A DNA stretch of 42,725 nucleotides, taken from a virus. Where the stretch lies: positions 1-42,725 of IMG/VR virus record IMGVR_UViG_3300020202_000040; one strand, 5' to 3'. The notes under the pieces were generated by a model. It ran no database searches. It saw only the letters and a list, made by a program, of their open reading frames with translations, and was not told the origin of the DNA. This document shows, piece after piece, positions 15,745 through 24,648 of the stretch (position 1 is its first letter; each line of letters starts with the position of its first letter). The translations under genes and the position numbers were made by a program.

Positions 15745-16361
15745 TCGTCCGCGTCTCCGTCAACTTCGACCGCGGGCGGTTCGATCAGCAGGTCGAGAGG
15801 GCTGTGAACGCAGGCATCTCGCGTGCCGCCTTTGAGGGCAAGCAGTTCATGTCGCGCGGGCTGGGCAAGGGCAAGGGCGACTATGCGGCGTCGGCTGCTG
15901 GCTCGCCCCCCAACGTCCAGCGCGGGCAACTCCGCAGCTCCATCACGAGCACGGAGGCCGTCAACTTCCGGGCCTCCGCTGGAACGCCGTTGAAGTACGG
16001 GCTGATTCAGGAACGTGGCGGGGTCATCCGGCCCAAGAAAGGCAAGTTCCTGCCGGTGCCCTTGAACATCCCCGCGAAGAGGATCATGGAGCGCGAGGGG
16101 ACGCCCAAGAACACCAAGACGCAGCTCATCCGCACCAAGAACGGCAAACTGCTGCTGTGGGGCGAGGACAAGCAGAAGGTCAAGAACCGCGCGGGCCGGA
16201 AGGTCATCGCGGATCAGGTGCCCATCTGGATTCTGGTCAAGCAGGTCAAGTTCCCGCCCCGCCCATGGTGCCTCCCCGCCGTGGAGCGGAACCGCGACGC
16301 TATCGCCAACTCCGCCATCAAGCGCGCCGCGCAGGTGTTCCGGCAGGGGGTGGGCGCTTGA
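15741..16361 (+). CDS. HK97 gp10-like tail component
   Basis: GTGA overlap; position; N-terminal FDRGRFDQQVERAVNAGISRAA. Confidence 0.45.
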   Translation: MIVRVSVNFDRGRFDQQVERAVNAGISRAAFEGKQFMSRGLGKGKGDYAASAAGSPPNVQRGQLRSSITSTEAVNFRASAGTPLKYGLIQERGGVIRPKKGKFLPVPLNIPAKRIMEREGTPKNTKTQLIRTKNGKLLLWGEDKQKVKNRAGRKVIADQVPIWILVKQVKFPPRPWCLPAVERNRDAIANSAIKRAAQVFRQGVGA

Positions 16362-16861
16362 ACCTCCAGATCGTCATCGACGCGGTGCTCGACCGGATCA
16401 AGATCGACACCACCCTGTACGCGACGGGGGCGTGGACCGCTGCCCTCCCCGGTGGCATCACCGCCATACTCGGGCCGCAATCAGCCTCCCCATCGTTCCC
16501 CTACGGCGTCATCAACGCGACGTGGGGCGAGGACAACGGGGCATTCGAGGCCGTGGGCGCGGCGTTCACTGTGACCATCACGGTGGTAGACAAGCGCGAG
16601 AACGCCACCGACAAACTGCTGACCATCTCGAACCGGCTTATGGGCGACTCGATGAAGCAGGCCACCCGCCTGCCCTCGTACGGCCTGCACCGCTGGACAC
16701 CCACGCTGACCACCGACGCCACGCTCAACCCGTTAGGCGTGGTCGCTGACGGGTGCCTGTACGCCAACCTTGGCGGCACAGGACCGGAGGCGCAGGGCAC
16801 CGACCACATCTCACAGGACTTTGTGTTCGAGGGGCGGCTGTCCGCTCCGCTGAATCCATAG
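16358..16861 (+). CDS. Tail completion/terminator-like protein
   Basis: TTG 16358 inside track ORF 16157-16861 (TTGA overlap); lies just before the tail tube gene. Confidence 0.45.
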   Translation: MNLQIVIDAVLDRIKIDTTLYATGAWTAALPGGITAILGPQSASPSFPYGVINATWGEDNGAFEAVGAAFTVTITVVDKRENATDKLLTISNRLMGDSMKQATRLPSYGLHRWTPTLTTDATLNPLGVVADGCLYANLGGTGPEAQGTDHISQDFVFEGRLSAPLNP

Positions 16862-16871
16862 GAGCGACCGC

Positions 16872-17711
16872 ATGGGCTACCCCATCACAGCAGAACTCGG
16901 CAAGATCACAAGCTGGGGCAGCGCCGAGGACGTTACCACGCTCCTCGCCAATACCCGTGTCGTCAACTTCGGCGTCACGTTCAAGTCCGACGAGCAGGAC
17001 ATCACGGCGATGGCCGCGACGTCGATGGAGTACATGGGCGGGCTGCGGTCAGCCGAGGGGACCTTCGAGGCTCTGTGGCCCAACTCCGCCCCGGTGCTAG
17101 GCGACACTGCGGCAATCACATTCGCGGGCGGGTACGCGCAGTTTGCCCAGCGCTTCCGCATAGCGATTGACTTCGGGGAGGAGGACATCACACCGCTCCC
17201 CACCGCGACCGGCGGGTGGCGGCGGTTCATGCCCTCGGGCCTCATCAAGTGGAGCGGGTCTTACACCGCCCTAGCGGTGAGCGACACGGCGGCGAGCCTG
17301 CCCACGGCGGTGAACACGGCGGCGGGCGCGGCCACCTTCAAGCTCAAAGAGTGCGGGGCCACCGACGCGACCTGGGGCGGCAACATCATGACCACCAGCC
17401 TGGGCCACCGCCAGAGCGCGAGCCGTGGCAAAGTGGAACTGGATTACGCCTTCATGGGCTCGGGCGCCTTGACGATCACGGCCGGATCGTCCGGCGGTCC
17501 CGCGATCCTGCCCGCGGGCGCGGTGGACAAGTCGGACTGGGACACCAACGGCGACGGTGTTCCGGATGTGACGTGGCTGGGGCAGACGTTCACGAGTCGC
17601 ACCATCAGCGGCGCGGCGTTCCTGCGGTCGCTGGAGTTGGAAGCGACCCCCGGCCAGCCCATCAAGGTGACGGGTTCGTTCCGGTTCTCGGATGCGGTGA
17701 CGCTGGCCTGA
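16872..17711 (+). CDS. Major tail (tube) protein (call by position)
   Basis: 279-aa beta-rich protein between the connectors and tape measure. Confidence 0.55.
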   Translation: MGYPITAELGKITSWGSAEDVTTLLANTRVVNFGVTFKSDEQDITAMAATSMEYMGGLRSAEGTFEALWPNSAPVLGDTAAITFAGGYAQFAQRFRIAIDFGEEDITPLPTATGGWRRFMPSGLIKWSGSYTALAVSDTAASLPTAVNTAAGAATFKLKECGATDATWGGNIMTTSLGHRQSASRGKVELDYAFMGSGALTITAGSSGGPAILPAGAVDKSDWDTNGDGVPDVTWLGQTFTSRTISGAAFLRSLELEATPGQPIKVTGSFRFSDAVTLA

Positions 17712-18215
17712 TTAGGAGGCGGAGTGCGCGTACCAGTAGTCCCGGTACTTGACGGTCACGGCGAACGCTTCGGGCGTCAGGTCGTGCTCGCGCGCAAGAC
17801 AGATGAACTGGTCGGCGGTTGCGTCTGCAAACTCGACACGGGCACTTCCAGCAAGGGTTCGCCACTCGCGTTCGCAAGCGGCGGAGTGTTCCATGAGAGC
17901 GCGATCAAAACGCTTGACGCAGTCGGGCTCAAACCGGCGATAGGTAGACGCAACAAACGCACTGATGGGGCTGCCCGCAATCGGGGACATCGCCTCGAAG
18001 CGGCAATCGGTCATGGACGCGAGAACTCCCGCCAAGGCCGTGGCTTTGGCGAGTGGGTCGATGACGTCGTCAAGCGTGCGGCACCTGATGATCGCGCGAG
18101 CGATTTCCATGACTGCGGGATGCTCAGGGAAGGACTCGCCCCATGCAATCAGGGCGGACTCCTTCTCTCTGCCGGTGATGGGAAAGAATCCAGCCGGGCG
18201 ACGAGTAAGGTCCAC
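17712..18215 (-). CDS. Reverse-strand accessory protein (167 aa), unknown function
   Basis: GTG start at 18215; stop codon (17712-17714) abuts the tail-tube stop (17709-17711); balanced protein-like composition, whereas same-region + strand ORFs are R/G/S-rich shadows; lower GC3 than neighbours. Confidence 0.7.
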   Translation of the reverse strand: MDLTRRPAGFFPITGREKESALIAWGESFPEHPAVMEIARAIIRCRTLDDVIDPLAKATALAGVLASMTDCRFEAMSPIAGSPISAFVASTYRRFEPDCVKRFDRALMEHSAACEREWRTLAGSARVEFADATADQFICLAREHDLTPEAFAVTVKYRDYWYAHSAS

Positions 18216-18218
18216 GGG

Positions 18219-18452
18219 CTATCTCACCAGCAGCCACACGACGGCCAGCGGAACAGCGATGGCGGCAACCATGCCCCATCCAAGCAAAACGCCGACGCCA
18301 ACCGTGAGCACGGGGTTGGTCAGCAGTTTGGACGAGCGGAGTTGTGCGAGTTCCCCTCGGAGCGCCCGCACGTCCATACGCAAATCTTGCACGGTTTCGG
18401 CCTCGGTCGCATGGTCGTCAATCGGACGGGACGGGCGGGCGAGAGCACTCAT
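18219..18452 (-). CDS. Reverse-strand small tail-anchored membrane protein (77 aa)
   Basis: ATG 18452 preceded by GGAGG (18461-18465); coiled-coil ETVQDLRMDVRALRGELAQLR, then C-terminal TM LTVGVGVLLGWGMVAAIAVPLAVVWLLV; ends 3 nt before the next gene. Confidence 0.65.
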   Translation of the reverse strand: MSALARPSRPIDDHATEAETVQDLRMDVRALRGELAQLRSSKLLTNPVLTVGVGVLLGWGMVAAIAVPLAVVWLLVR

Positions 18453-18522
18453 GGGTCGTACCTCCGGTCTGTAAGTATCCCCCCACGGGCATGGAACGCA
18501 ATACCGAACGGGAGGCGACTTT

Positions 18523-19755
18523 ATGGCCGATAACCTCCCGCTCGGGTCTGCCAAAGTTGAGTTTGTTGGCGATGCCTCCAAACTGAAGGTGGCAGCGGAC
18601 CAAGCCAAGAAGATGGTGGATGATGTCAAGCGGTCGGAAGCCGATGCTGCCGCTTCATCCGCCGCTGATAGGACGATGGAGTGGGCATCCGCCGAAGCCG
18701 CACGCAAGCGGATTGAGGCAGTGCAGCAGTCGGTGGCAGACCCGCTGGCGGATGAGGTTGATAGACAGGACGAGGCGTTCCGTAAAACGCGGCAGTCTGC
18801 CCAGACCTACGGGGACTCCATCAACTCGGTGGCAGATGCGGCATGGAGGCTCAAGGGTCAGGTGCTCGCCGTCACCGGGCTATTCGGCGGGTTCATCGCG
18901 GGCGTGGTGGGCGCAGTACAGGCGATCCCGGCCCTCGTAGAGAAGTTGACTGAGGCGCGGACGGCTTTCAAGCAACTTGCCGAGGCTCAGCAAGAGCAAC
19001 TCATTGGCGCGGCCAAGGGCGCGTATGGGGATCGGTCGAGAGAAGTACAGGGCCGGGACGCCATCGACAACGCAACCCTAGCCGCCAAGCTCGCCATCAA
19101 CGCGCTCGCGGCGGAAAAGAACCTGAGTGATAAGCAGGTGGCAGAACTGGAGAGCCGGGTTGACCGGCTTGCGGCCCTAGAGGAAAAGAGCCTCCAAGAG
19201 AGCTTCCGACGTCGCGAACAGATGCGCGCAAGACAGATCGCACGCGACCTACAAGCCGCTGCCGACTATGAACGGCAGTTCGGGGTGCAGGTTCGGGCGG
19301 AGCAAGAGAGGCGAGATAGCCAACTTGCCGAGGGTTCTTACGTCCGCACTGTGGCACAGCGGCGGGCAAACGAAATCGCGCAGGACGAGAACCCCGAACT
19401 AGCCAAGCTCGAAGCCGAGGTGGCAGACCTTGAGGAGAAGAAGCGCAAGGCTGTTGGCGAATACGCGAGGACCCAGCTACAGGCGGAAATCGATGCGGTC
19501 AAGGAAGGCAACGCTCTCCGCCGTGAAGCAATCCTGAACGCGCAATACCTCAAAGAGAACCTTGAGGTTGCGGACCACCAGCAGCAACTGCGCCGCATTC
19601 GTGAGCAGGCGGAAGCGTGGCAAAGGTCCATGCTCGACGCCCTGAATGCGTTTCGTCAGCAACAGATCGCCCAGTTTGACACCGCCTCCATCGCCTTCGA
19701 CACCTCCCGCATCGAGTCGCTGCTAGAGCAACTCGTCAACAAGAGGGAGCTGTAG
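18523..19755 (+). CDS. Tape measure-like protein (short, 410 aa)
   Basis: GGAGG at 18511; long coiled-coil Q/E/A/R-rich sequence with one hydrophobic segment VLAVTGLFGGFIAGVVGAV; position after the tail tube. Confidence 0.6.
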   Translation: MADNLPLGSAKVEFVGDASKLKVAADQAKKMVDDVKRSEADAAASSAADRTMEWASAEAARKRIEAVQQSVADPLADEVDRQDEAFRKTRQSAQTYGDSINSVADAAWRLKGQVLAVTGLFGGFIAGVVGAVQAIPALVEKLTEARTAFKQLAEAQQEQLIGAAKGAYGDRSREVQGRDAIDNATLAAKLAINALAAEKNLSDKQVAELESRVDRLAALEEKSLQESFRRREQMRARQIARDLQAAADYERQFGVQVRAEQERRDSQLAEGSYVRTVAQRRANEIAQDENPELAKLEAEVADLEEKKRKAVGEYARTQLQAEIDAVKEGNALRREAILNAQYLKENLEVADHQQQLRRIREQAEAWQRSMLDALNAFRQQQIAQFDTASIAFDTSRIESLLEQLVNKREL

Positions 19756-19757
19756 CC

Positions 19758-20660
19758 ATGCCCCTCACGGCGACGGAGCTACTCGCGGGCACGCGGAGCA
19801 CCGAGCGCACCGTCACCGGGCGCAAGGCTGCTGTCCGTCGCTTCATCGTCGCCACCGACAGCCCGGAGGCCGCGCGGACGGCTGACAACGTACCCACCTT
19901 CCCCGGCGTCTACCCCGACGACGCGGTTCTGAAGCTGGAGCGGATCACCACCGAGCCGAATGGCAAGGGTGGTACGACCGTGATGGCGTTCTACTCGAAC
20001 GACCAGCGGTTCGGCACGCCACGTCAGCAGCCGCCCCCCACCGAGGACTTGGTGAACAAGTCCGATTGGGCGTGGGGGATGCGGGACGTGCGCGTGGAGT
20101 ACCCCATCAACATCCGGGGGAAGATGCTGCGGCCCGTGCGCGACAACGCGGGCGGCAACATGGTTATGGAGAAGGTCGATGCGTGGACGCTCCGCAAGGG
20201 CATCCTCATCGAGCGCCGCCCCATCCGGTCCCTCACCGTGCGGGTGCGCCTGTCCAGCATCGCGCAGATAAGCCAGTTCGACATCATCGCCGACCAGTGC
20301 GAGCACCTGCACCAGATCGGCGGCAGGGTCTACCAGTACACCCCCGCTTCCAACTGCGTGCGGCGTCTGGATGAGTTGCTGTTCGAGATCACCCACGTTT
20401 GGGAGTACGACCGCGGGACGGTGCTCCCTCGCATCCCCGCATCCACCGACCGCGTGTTCTTCGACAGCCCGAACCCCGTGGACCCCAACACGCGGCGGAC
20501 TCTGCTTCGCGCTCCCTATGCGATCCTTGACGCGATCCCGGCGGACGACCCCGGCGCTGCCGATCCGCTTGCGGGTGTGTTCAAGACGGTGCAGGTGTTC
20601 CCCTTTGCCGAGGACTTTGACGCTTGGCGCTCACTCCCGGGGGTGCCGAACCTTGATTGA
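19758..20660 (+). CDS. Tail tip/baseplate-module protein, function unknown (300 aa)
   Basis: Directly downstream of the tape measure. Confidence 0.6.
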   Translation: MPLTATELLAGTRSTERTVTGRKAAVRRFIVATDSPEAARTADNVPTFPGVYPDDAVLKLERITTEPNGKGGTTVMAFYSNDQRFGTPRQQPPPTEDLVNKSDWAWGMRDVRVEYPINIRGKMLRPVRDNAGGNMVMEKVDAWTLRKGILIERRPIRSLTVRVRLSSIAQISQFDIIADQCEHLHQIGGRVYQYTPASNCVRRLDELLFEITHVWEYDRGTVLPRIPASTDRVFFDSPNPVDPNTRRTLLRAPYAILDAIPADDPGAADPLAGVFKTVQVFPFAEDFDAWRSLPGVPNLD

Positions 20661-21063
20661 CCAGCGCGTCATCATCGGGCGGATTGTGAGCCATACGGGT
20701 GTGTCGCCGGGACCGGCGAAGGACATCACATACACCATCGAAACCACGCTGCCGGACGGAGGTATCGTCAAGCTGGCTGACCAGACGCCCGGGGAAGACC
20801 GCGAGCACAACGTGGATGTAGTGGCGGTGCCCGTAGGACGCTCGGTGTTGGGCGTGCTGACCCAAGGCTGGGAATCCAGCGCGGTCGCGTACGTCCAGTG
20901 GATGTTCTCGGAGCGGGTCTACTGGGGCGAGTGCGGCACCGAGCCCGCGCCGCCGGTCGAGGACCCCGACTACCCGCACCTCACCAATGAACAAACGTCC
21001 ACCGGCACGCTCGCGGGCGGCTCCATACCGCAAACCCCAGACTTCGGAGGGCCCGCGGTATGA
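20653..21063 (+). CDS. Tail-module hypothetical protein (136 aa)
   Basis: TTG 20653 inside track ORF 20371-21063; overlaps the upstream stop. Confidence 0.5.
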   Translation: MIDQRVIIGRIVSHTGVSPGPAKDITYTIETTLPDGGIVKLADQTPGEDREHNVDVVAVPVGRSVLGVLTQGWESSAVAYVQWMFSERVYWGECGTEPAPPVEDPDYPHLTNEQTSTGTLAGGSIPQTPDFGGPAV

Positions 21064-21425
21064 CGCTGACATTCCCGCAGTGCGACCTCAACGCCGCCCT
21101 CGGCCTGCTGCGCGACTCCTCGGGCCGTCCGGTGGTCATCCCCACGGGCGGGGCCGACGTTGCCAGTGTGCAGGCGGTGGGCACGTTCACCACCGCCGTC
21201 GTCACGGTCAAGCAGACCAACGTCCTTGCGGACGGCGCCTACGCCAACTTCGACACCCCGCAGGAGCTGAGGGGCACTAGCGACGAGCTGAAGCTGTCCG
21301 ACCTGCTGGCGATCCGCACGGAGTACATCGTCTGCGAACTCACGACGGTGGAGGGTGGGGCGGCGGCTGCCGACATCGTGGTTCACCTGCGCCCGTCCAA
21401 CATCGGGCAGGCGGTGGTGACGTGA
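21060..21425 (+). CDS. Tail-module hypothetical protein (121 aa)
   Basis: ATGA overlap. Confidence 0.6.
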   Translation: MTLTFPQCDLNAALGLLRDSSGRPVVIPTGGADVASVQAVGTFTTAVVTVKQTNVLADGAYANFDTPQELRGTSDELKLSDLLAIRTEYIVCELTTVEGGAAAADIVVHLRPSNIGQAVVT

Positions 21426-21946
21426 ACTACTACCTCGACCCCCGCCGGGTGCTGGGCATCTATCAGCTCAGCACCTACACGCTCACCAGCACCACCAACG
21501 TGCAGAAGTTGTTTGACGCTTCGCCGAATGGAGCTTTGACGCTCTCGGCGAACACCGCCTACCGCTTCTGGGGGCAGTTCCGCCTTGCGAGCATGAGCAG
21601 CACGAGCGGCAACGCGCTCCTCGACCTCCTCGGCGCGGGCACAGCCACCATCTCCAGCATCCAGTGGCACGTCTGGGGCATGGACGGGACCACGCCGAGC
21701 ACCGGCGCGGCCGTCACCAACTCCTTCCACTCCTCGACCGCCGCCCCCGGCAACATCTTTACCGGCGGCGTCGGGACGGGCATGTGGGGCACGTTGGAAG
21801 GCTTCATGCGCGTCGGCGCTGGCGGAACCATCATCCCCTCCATCGGACTCACCACGGCTGCCGCGGCGGTCGTGCAGGCCAACTCGTTCTTTGAACTGGT
21901 GGCGGTGGGTCCAGACACCCTCACAACGAACGGCCCTTGGAACTGA
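21422..21946 (+). CDS. Tail-module hypothetical protein (174 aa), beta-rich, possible receptor-binding fold
   Basis: GTGA overlap; S/T/G-rich beta-type sequence. Confidence 0.6.
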   Translation: MNYYLDPRRVLGIYQLSTYTLTSTTNVQKLFDASPNGALTLSANTAYRFWGQFRLASMSSTSGNALLDLLGAGTATISSIQWHVWGMDGTTPSTGAAVTNSFHSSTAAPGNIFTGGVGTGMWGTLEGFMRVGAGGTIIPSIGLTTAAAAVVQANSFFELVAVGPDTLTTNGPWN

Positions 21947-21960
21947 AAGGACTCTGACCC

Positions 21961-22815
21961 ATGGCATTTGAATACCTCGCATCGGGTGCAACCTCACTGG
22001 CGGCGGCTTTCTGGCTCCTTGCGGATGGCACGGCCGGCTCCGGACCCGCCGCCAACGCGACCCTCATCATCCCTGACGGCGTGCAGGCCATCACCACCGC
22101 CGTGGACCAGAGCGCGGCGGGCGGGATGCGGTCGTTTGAGGTCAACCGCCTCTTCACCGGCACCATTGGCTCTCTCGGCACGCCCGCGAAGCTGTACCTG
22201 ACCGACTCCACGGCGGCGGAAAAGACCTCAGCTAACTCTGAGTCGTTCATCCGCTACGACGCCGGCGGCGGGGCGTTCTACATCTCGTGCTCGACCGTGA
22301 GCGGCACCAGCTCTATCGACAACTTCTTCCAGAACTCGGTGGGGGCGGTGTACTTCGTGACCGGCCTCTGCGTGTTCTACCACCTCACCAACGGTCCTCT
22401 GACCGTCAAGGCCAACGGCACACTGACGAACTTCGACGCCTGGGGCGGATCCTCGACCATCGACTCGGGCGGGACCAACCTGACGAACATGACCATCTTC
22501 GGCGGGAACCACATCGTCAACAGGGCAGTGACGGGGACGCTGACCATCTACGGCGGGTCCGTGACTCTCAACTACGAGGGCACCACGGCGACCGGCACGG
22601 TGAACCTGCGAGGCGGGACCTTCGACCACCGCGCGGGCGACGTCACCACCATGAACCACGACGCCGGGCTGCACGACTACAGCAATATGCGGCGCAAGTC
22701 CACCATCACCACCTGCACCCGCAAGCCCAACGCTGTATCCCGGGGCATCCGCTCGTCGGGGATGCTCACCGTCACCACCGACACCACCATCGGATTCCCG
22801 CAGTTCGCCGCGTGA
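21961..22815 (+). CDS. Beta-helix-like fibre/spike protein
   Basis: Repetitive G-x-T/N turns (GGSSTIDSGGTNLTNMTIFGGNHIVNRAVTGTLTIYGGSVTLNYEGTTATGTVNLRGGTF). Confidence 0.6.
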   Translation: MAFEYLASGATSLAAAFWLLADGTAGSGPAANATLIIPDGVQAITTAVDQSAAGGMRSFEVNRLFTGTIGSLGTPAKLYLTDSTAAEKTSANSESFIRYDAGGGAFYISCSTVSGTSSIDNFFQNSVGAVYFVTGLCVFYHLTNGPLTVKANGTLTNFDAWGGSSTIDSGGTNLTNMTIFGGNHIVNRAVTGTLTIYGGSVTLNYEGTTATGTVNLRGGTFDHRAGDVTTMNHDAGLHDYSNMRRKSTITTCTRKPNAVSRGIRSSGMLTVTTDTTIGFPQFAA

Positions 22816-22819
22816 TTGA

Positions 22820-24346
22820 ATGCTCCCAAGGGCCGTCCACATAGGCCGCATCGGACGGCGTTTCCTCAACGTCCGGGGGACGTTCTCGGCCCTGACGGAT
22901 CGGTGCGGGTCGTGCTGCGGCGACCCCCCGCCGCCCACCTGCGCCTGCCGCGCCGTCACCCTCCCCTTCGACTGCGGCCTGTCCCCCCTCATCGAACGCT
23001 GCTGCCCGATCACCCCCCAATGGGACTTCACGTACACCGTGGGGGCCAGCCTCACAGAGACGACCAACGGGGGCGGGACGTTCACCTACCCCGATGGAAC
23101 GGTGGTCACGGCGTACGCGCCGGGCATCGCCCGCCAGTGGTCGGCTACGGGGACGGTGCGTGTCTCCCAGCGGTGCGTGAACGGGTTCCCGGTCATCACG
23201 CAGGAGGGGCAGGTCGTAGAGACTGACCGGCGGGCGGTGTGGAACCCGCAGGCGCGGGAGTGGTTCTACGAGACGACCATCGAGCCGTCAGTCATCCCCG
23301 TCGCTTACCCGATCCCGCAACCCGGCCTGTTCCTGACCGGCACCCGCCCCCTGCTCTACAACCCATCGCCCGGCCACCCGATCCAAGGATGCGTCGGCAA
23401 CTTCTCCGACGACCTGCCGCACCCGGGATTCGCGGGGCCTGCCCCCTACGCCTTCGCATGGGACCGGCCCGACCTGCTGCCCACCCCAAACCCCGAGCCG
23501 TTCTTCCGCTTTGGTTCGCACGCGGGCTCGTGGCAGCAGGAGTACAGGTGCAACGGCGGGGCCTTCGAGCAGACGTACAACAGCTCCCACAACAACAGCC
23601 TGACCGGCCTGTACCCCCTCGGGAACGGGACGAACGCGCAGGCCAACCTCAACTTCAACAGCATCACGAACTACAACGCGCAGGCGAGTTGGACCACCCA
23701 GCAGCTAGGCCAGTGCAACCCCAACCCCTGCGACCTGAACCAGACAGGGGCCTGCTGCCGCCTGATGGGCGTGGAGGGGCTGACGCTGCCCCTGTGCTCG
23801 CACACCACCCTCGACCAGTGCCGGGCGCAGCGGGGGCTCTGGCGGGGTGTGGGAACCTCCTGTGATACCGCCCGCTGCCAACCTCTCGGCGCGTGCTGCC
23901 TTGCCTCTGGGGCATGCCTGCAACTGGGGCGGGTGGCGTGCTTCCAGCGGCGGGGCGTGTACCGGGGCGACGGGACGTTCTGCGATCAGGGGCGGTGCAA
24001 CGGTCCCGTGGGCGCCTGCTGCGTCAACGGCGGGTGCCTCGTCACGTCGGCGGGCAACTGCGCGGCGGTGCAGGGCATCTATCGCGGCGACGGCTCGCCC
24101 TGTTCCACGGCCAACTGCGGGACCAACCCGGACCTGGGCTCGTGCTGCGCTGACGGGCGGTGTTTCCCGGATGTGACGCTGGCGGGGTGTCTGGCGAAGG
24201 ACGGCATCTGGCAGCGGGACGTTCCCTGCGTGAACCGGCGGTGCGTGATCGTGGTCCCGAACACCCAGGACATTGACCCGCCGGTGCAGCCGGTGCGGGG
24301 GTGCAGCGGATGCGGTGGCGGTGGGACTGGAGGGCTGATCCTGTGA
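22820..24346 (+). CDS. Cys-rich tail fibre-like protein with four tandem 6-Cys repeats
   Basis: 508 aa with about 39 Cys; C-terminal repeats G[AS]CC-x3-4-C-x6-7-C-x3-4-G-x-[WY]-x-G-x-G-x-C-x4-5-C occur four times; N-terminal CGSCCGDPPPPTCAC cluster. Confidence 0.7.
   Translation: MLPRAVHIGRIGRRFLNVRGTFSALTDRCGSCCGDPPPPTCACRAVTLPFDCGLSPLIERCCPITPQWDFTYTVGASLTETTNGGGTFTYPDGTVVTAYAPGIARQWSATGTVRVSQRCVNGFPVITQEGQVVETDRRAVWNPQAREWFYETTIEPSVIPVAYPIPQPGLFLTGTRPLLYNPSPGHPIQGCVGNFSDDLPHPGFAGPAPYAFAWDRPDLLPTPNPEPFFRFGSHAGSWQQEYRCNGGAFEQTYNSSHNNSLTGLYPLGNGTNAQANLNFNSITNYNAQASWTTQQLGQCNPNPCDLNQTGACCRLMGVEGLTLPLCSHTTLDQCRAQRGLWRGVGTSCDTARCQPLGACCLASGACLQLGRVACFQRRGVYRGDGTFCDQGRCNGPVGACCVNGGCLVTSAGNCAAVQGIYRGDGSPCSTANCGTNPDLGSCCADGRCFPDVTLAGCLAKDGIWQRDVPCVNRRCVIVVPNTQDIDPPVQPVRGCSGCGGGGTGGLIL
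23747..24244 (+). repeat. Coding tandem repeat (4 x ~41 codons) inside the Cys-rich protein
   Basis: The four units begin GACCRLMG.., GACCLASG.., GACCVNGG.. and GSCCADGR.. Confidence 0.8.
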
Positions 24347-24648
24347 GGCTTGCGGTACTGACACAGAAGGCGCTGGTGGGGGTCAACGGCGGACTGGGCT
24401 ACGTCGTGGCCCTTGGCTCGGGGGACAAGGCTGACGACGCGACGGTGGACACCCGCCGGGCGATCTGCCGCGCGTGCCCGACGCGGGAGCGGGCTGCGTT
24501 GCCCCTGTGCGCGGTCAGCGATTGGTGCGGCGAGCCGCTTGTGGTGACGGCTGATTCGTGCGGCTGCCTGCTGGCTGGGAAGACGGCTGTGGCGTCGGAA
24601 GGCTGCCCGCAAGGCAAGTGGGGGCCGGTAGAGAGGACAACCCAATGA
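24343..24648 (+). CDS. Small Cys-rich protein (CRAC...C...C...CGC...C)
   Basis: GTG 24343 inside track ORF 24301-24648 (GTGA overlap). Confidence 0.55.
   Translation: MRLAVLTQKALVGVNGGLGYVVALGSGDKADDATVDTRRAICRACPTRERAALPLCAVSDWCGEPLVVTADSCGCLLAGKTAVASEGCPQGKWGPVERTTQ

Noticed and set aside
17724-18533. + strand ORFs (269 aa; also 17965-18474, 169 aa) that could have been the missing tail-assembly chaperones with a frameshift.
   Set aside because: Their composition is R/G- or S/T/A-rich and does not look like protein. I saw no slippery heptamer. The minus-strand frames have an SD site, a TM segment and balanced composition.
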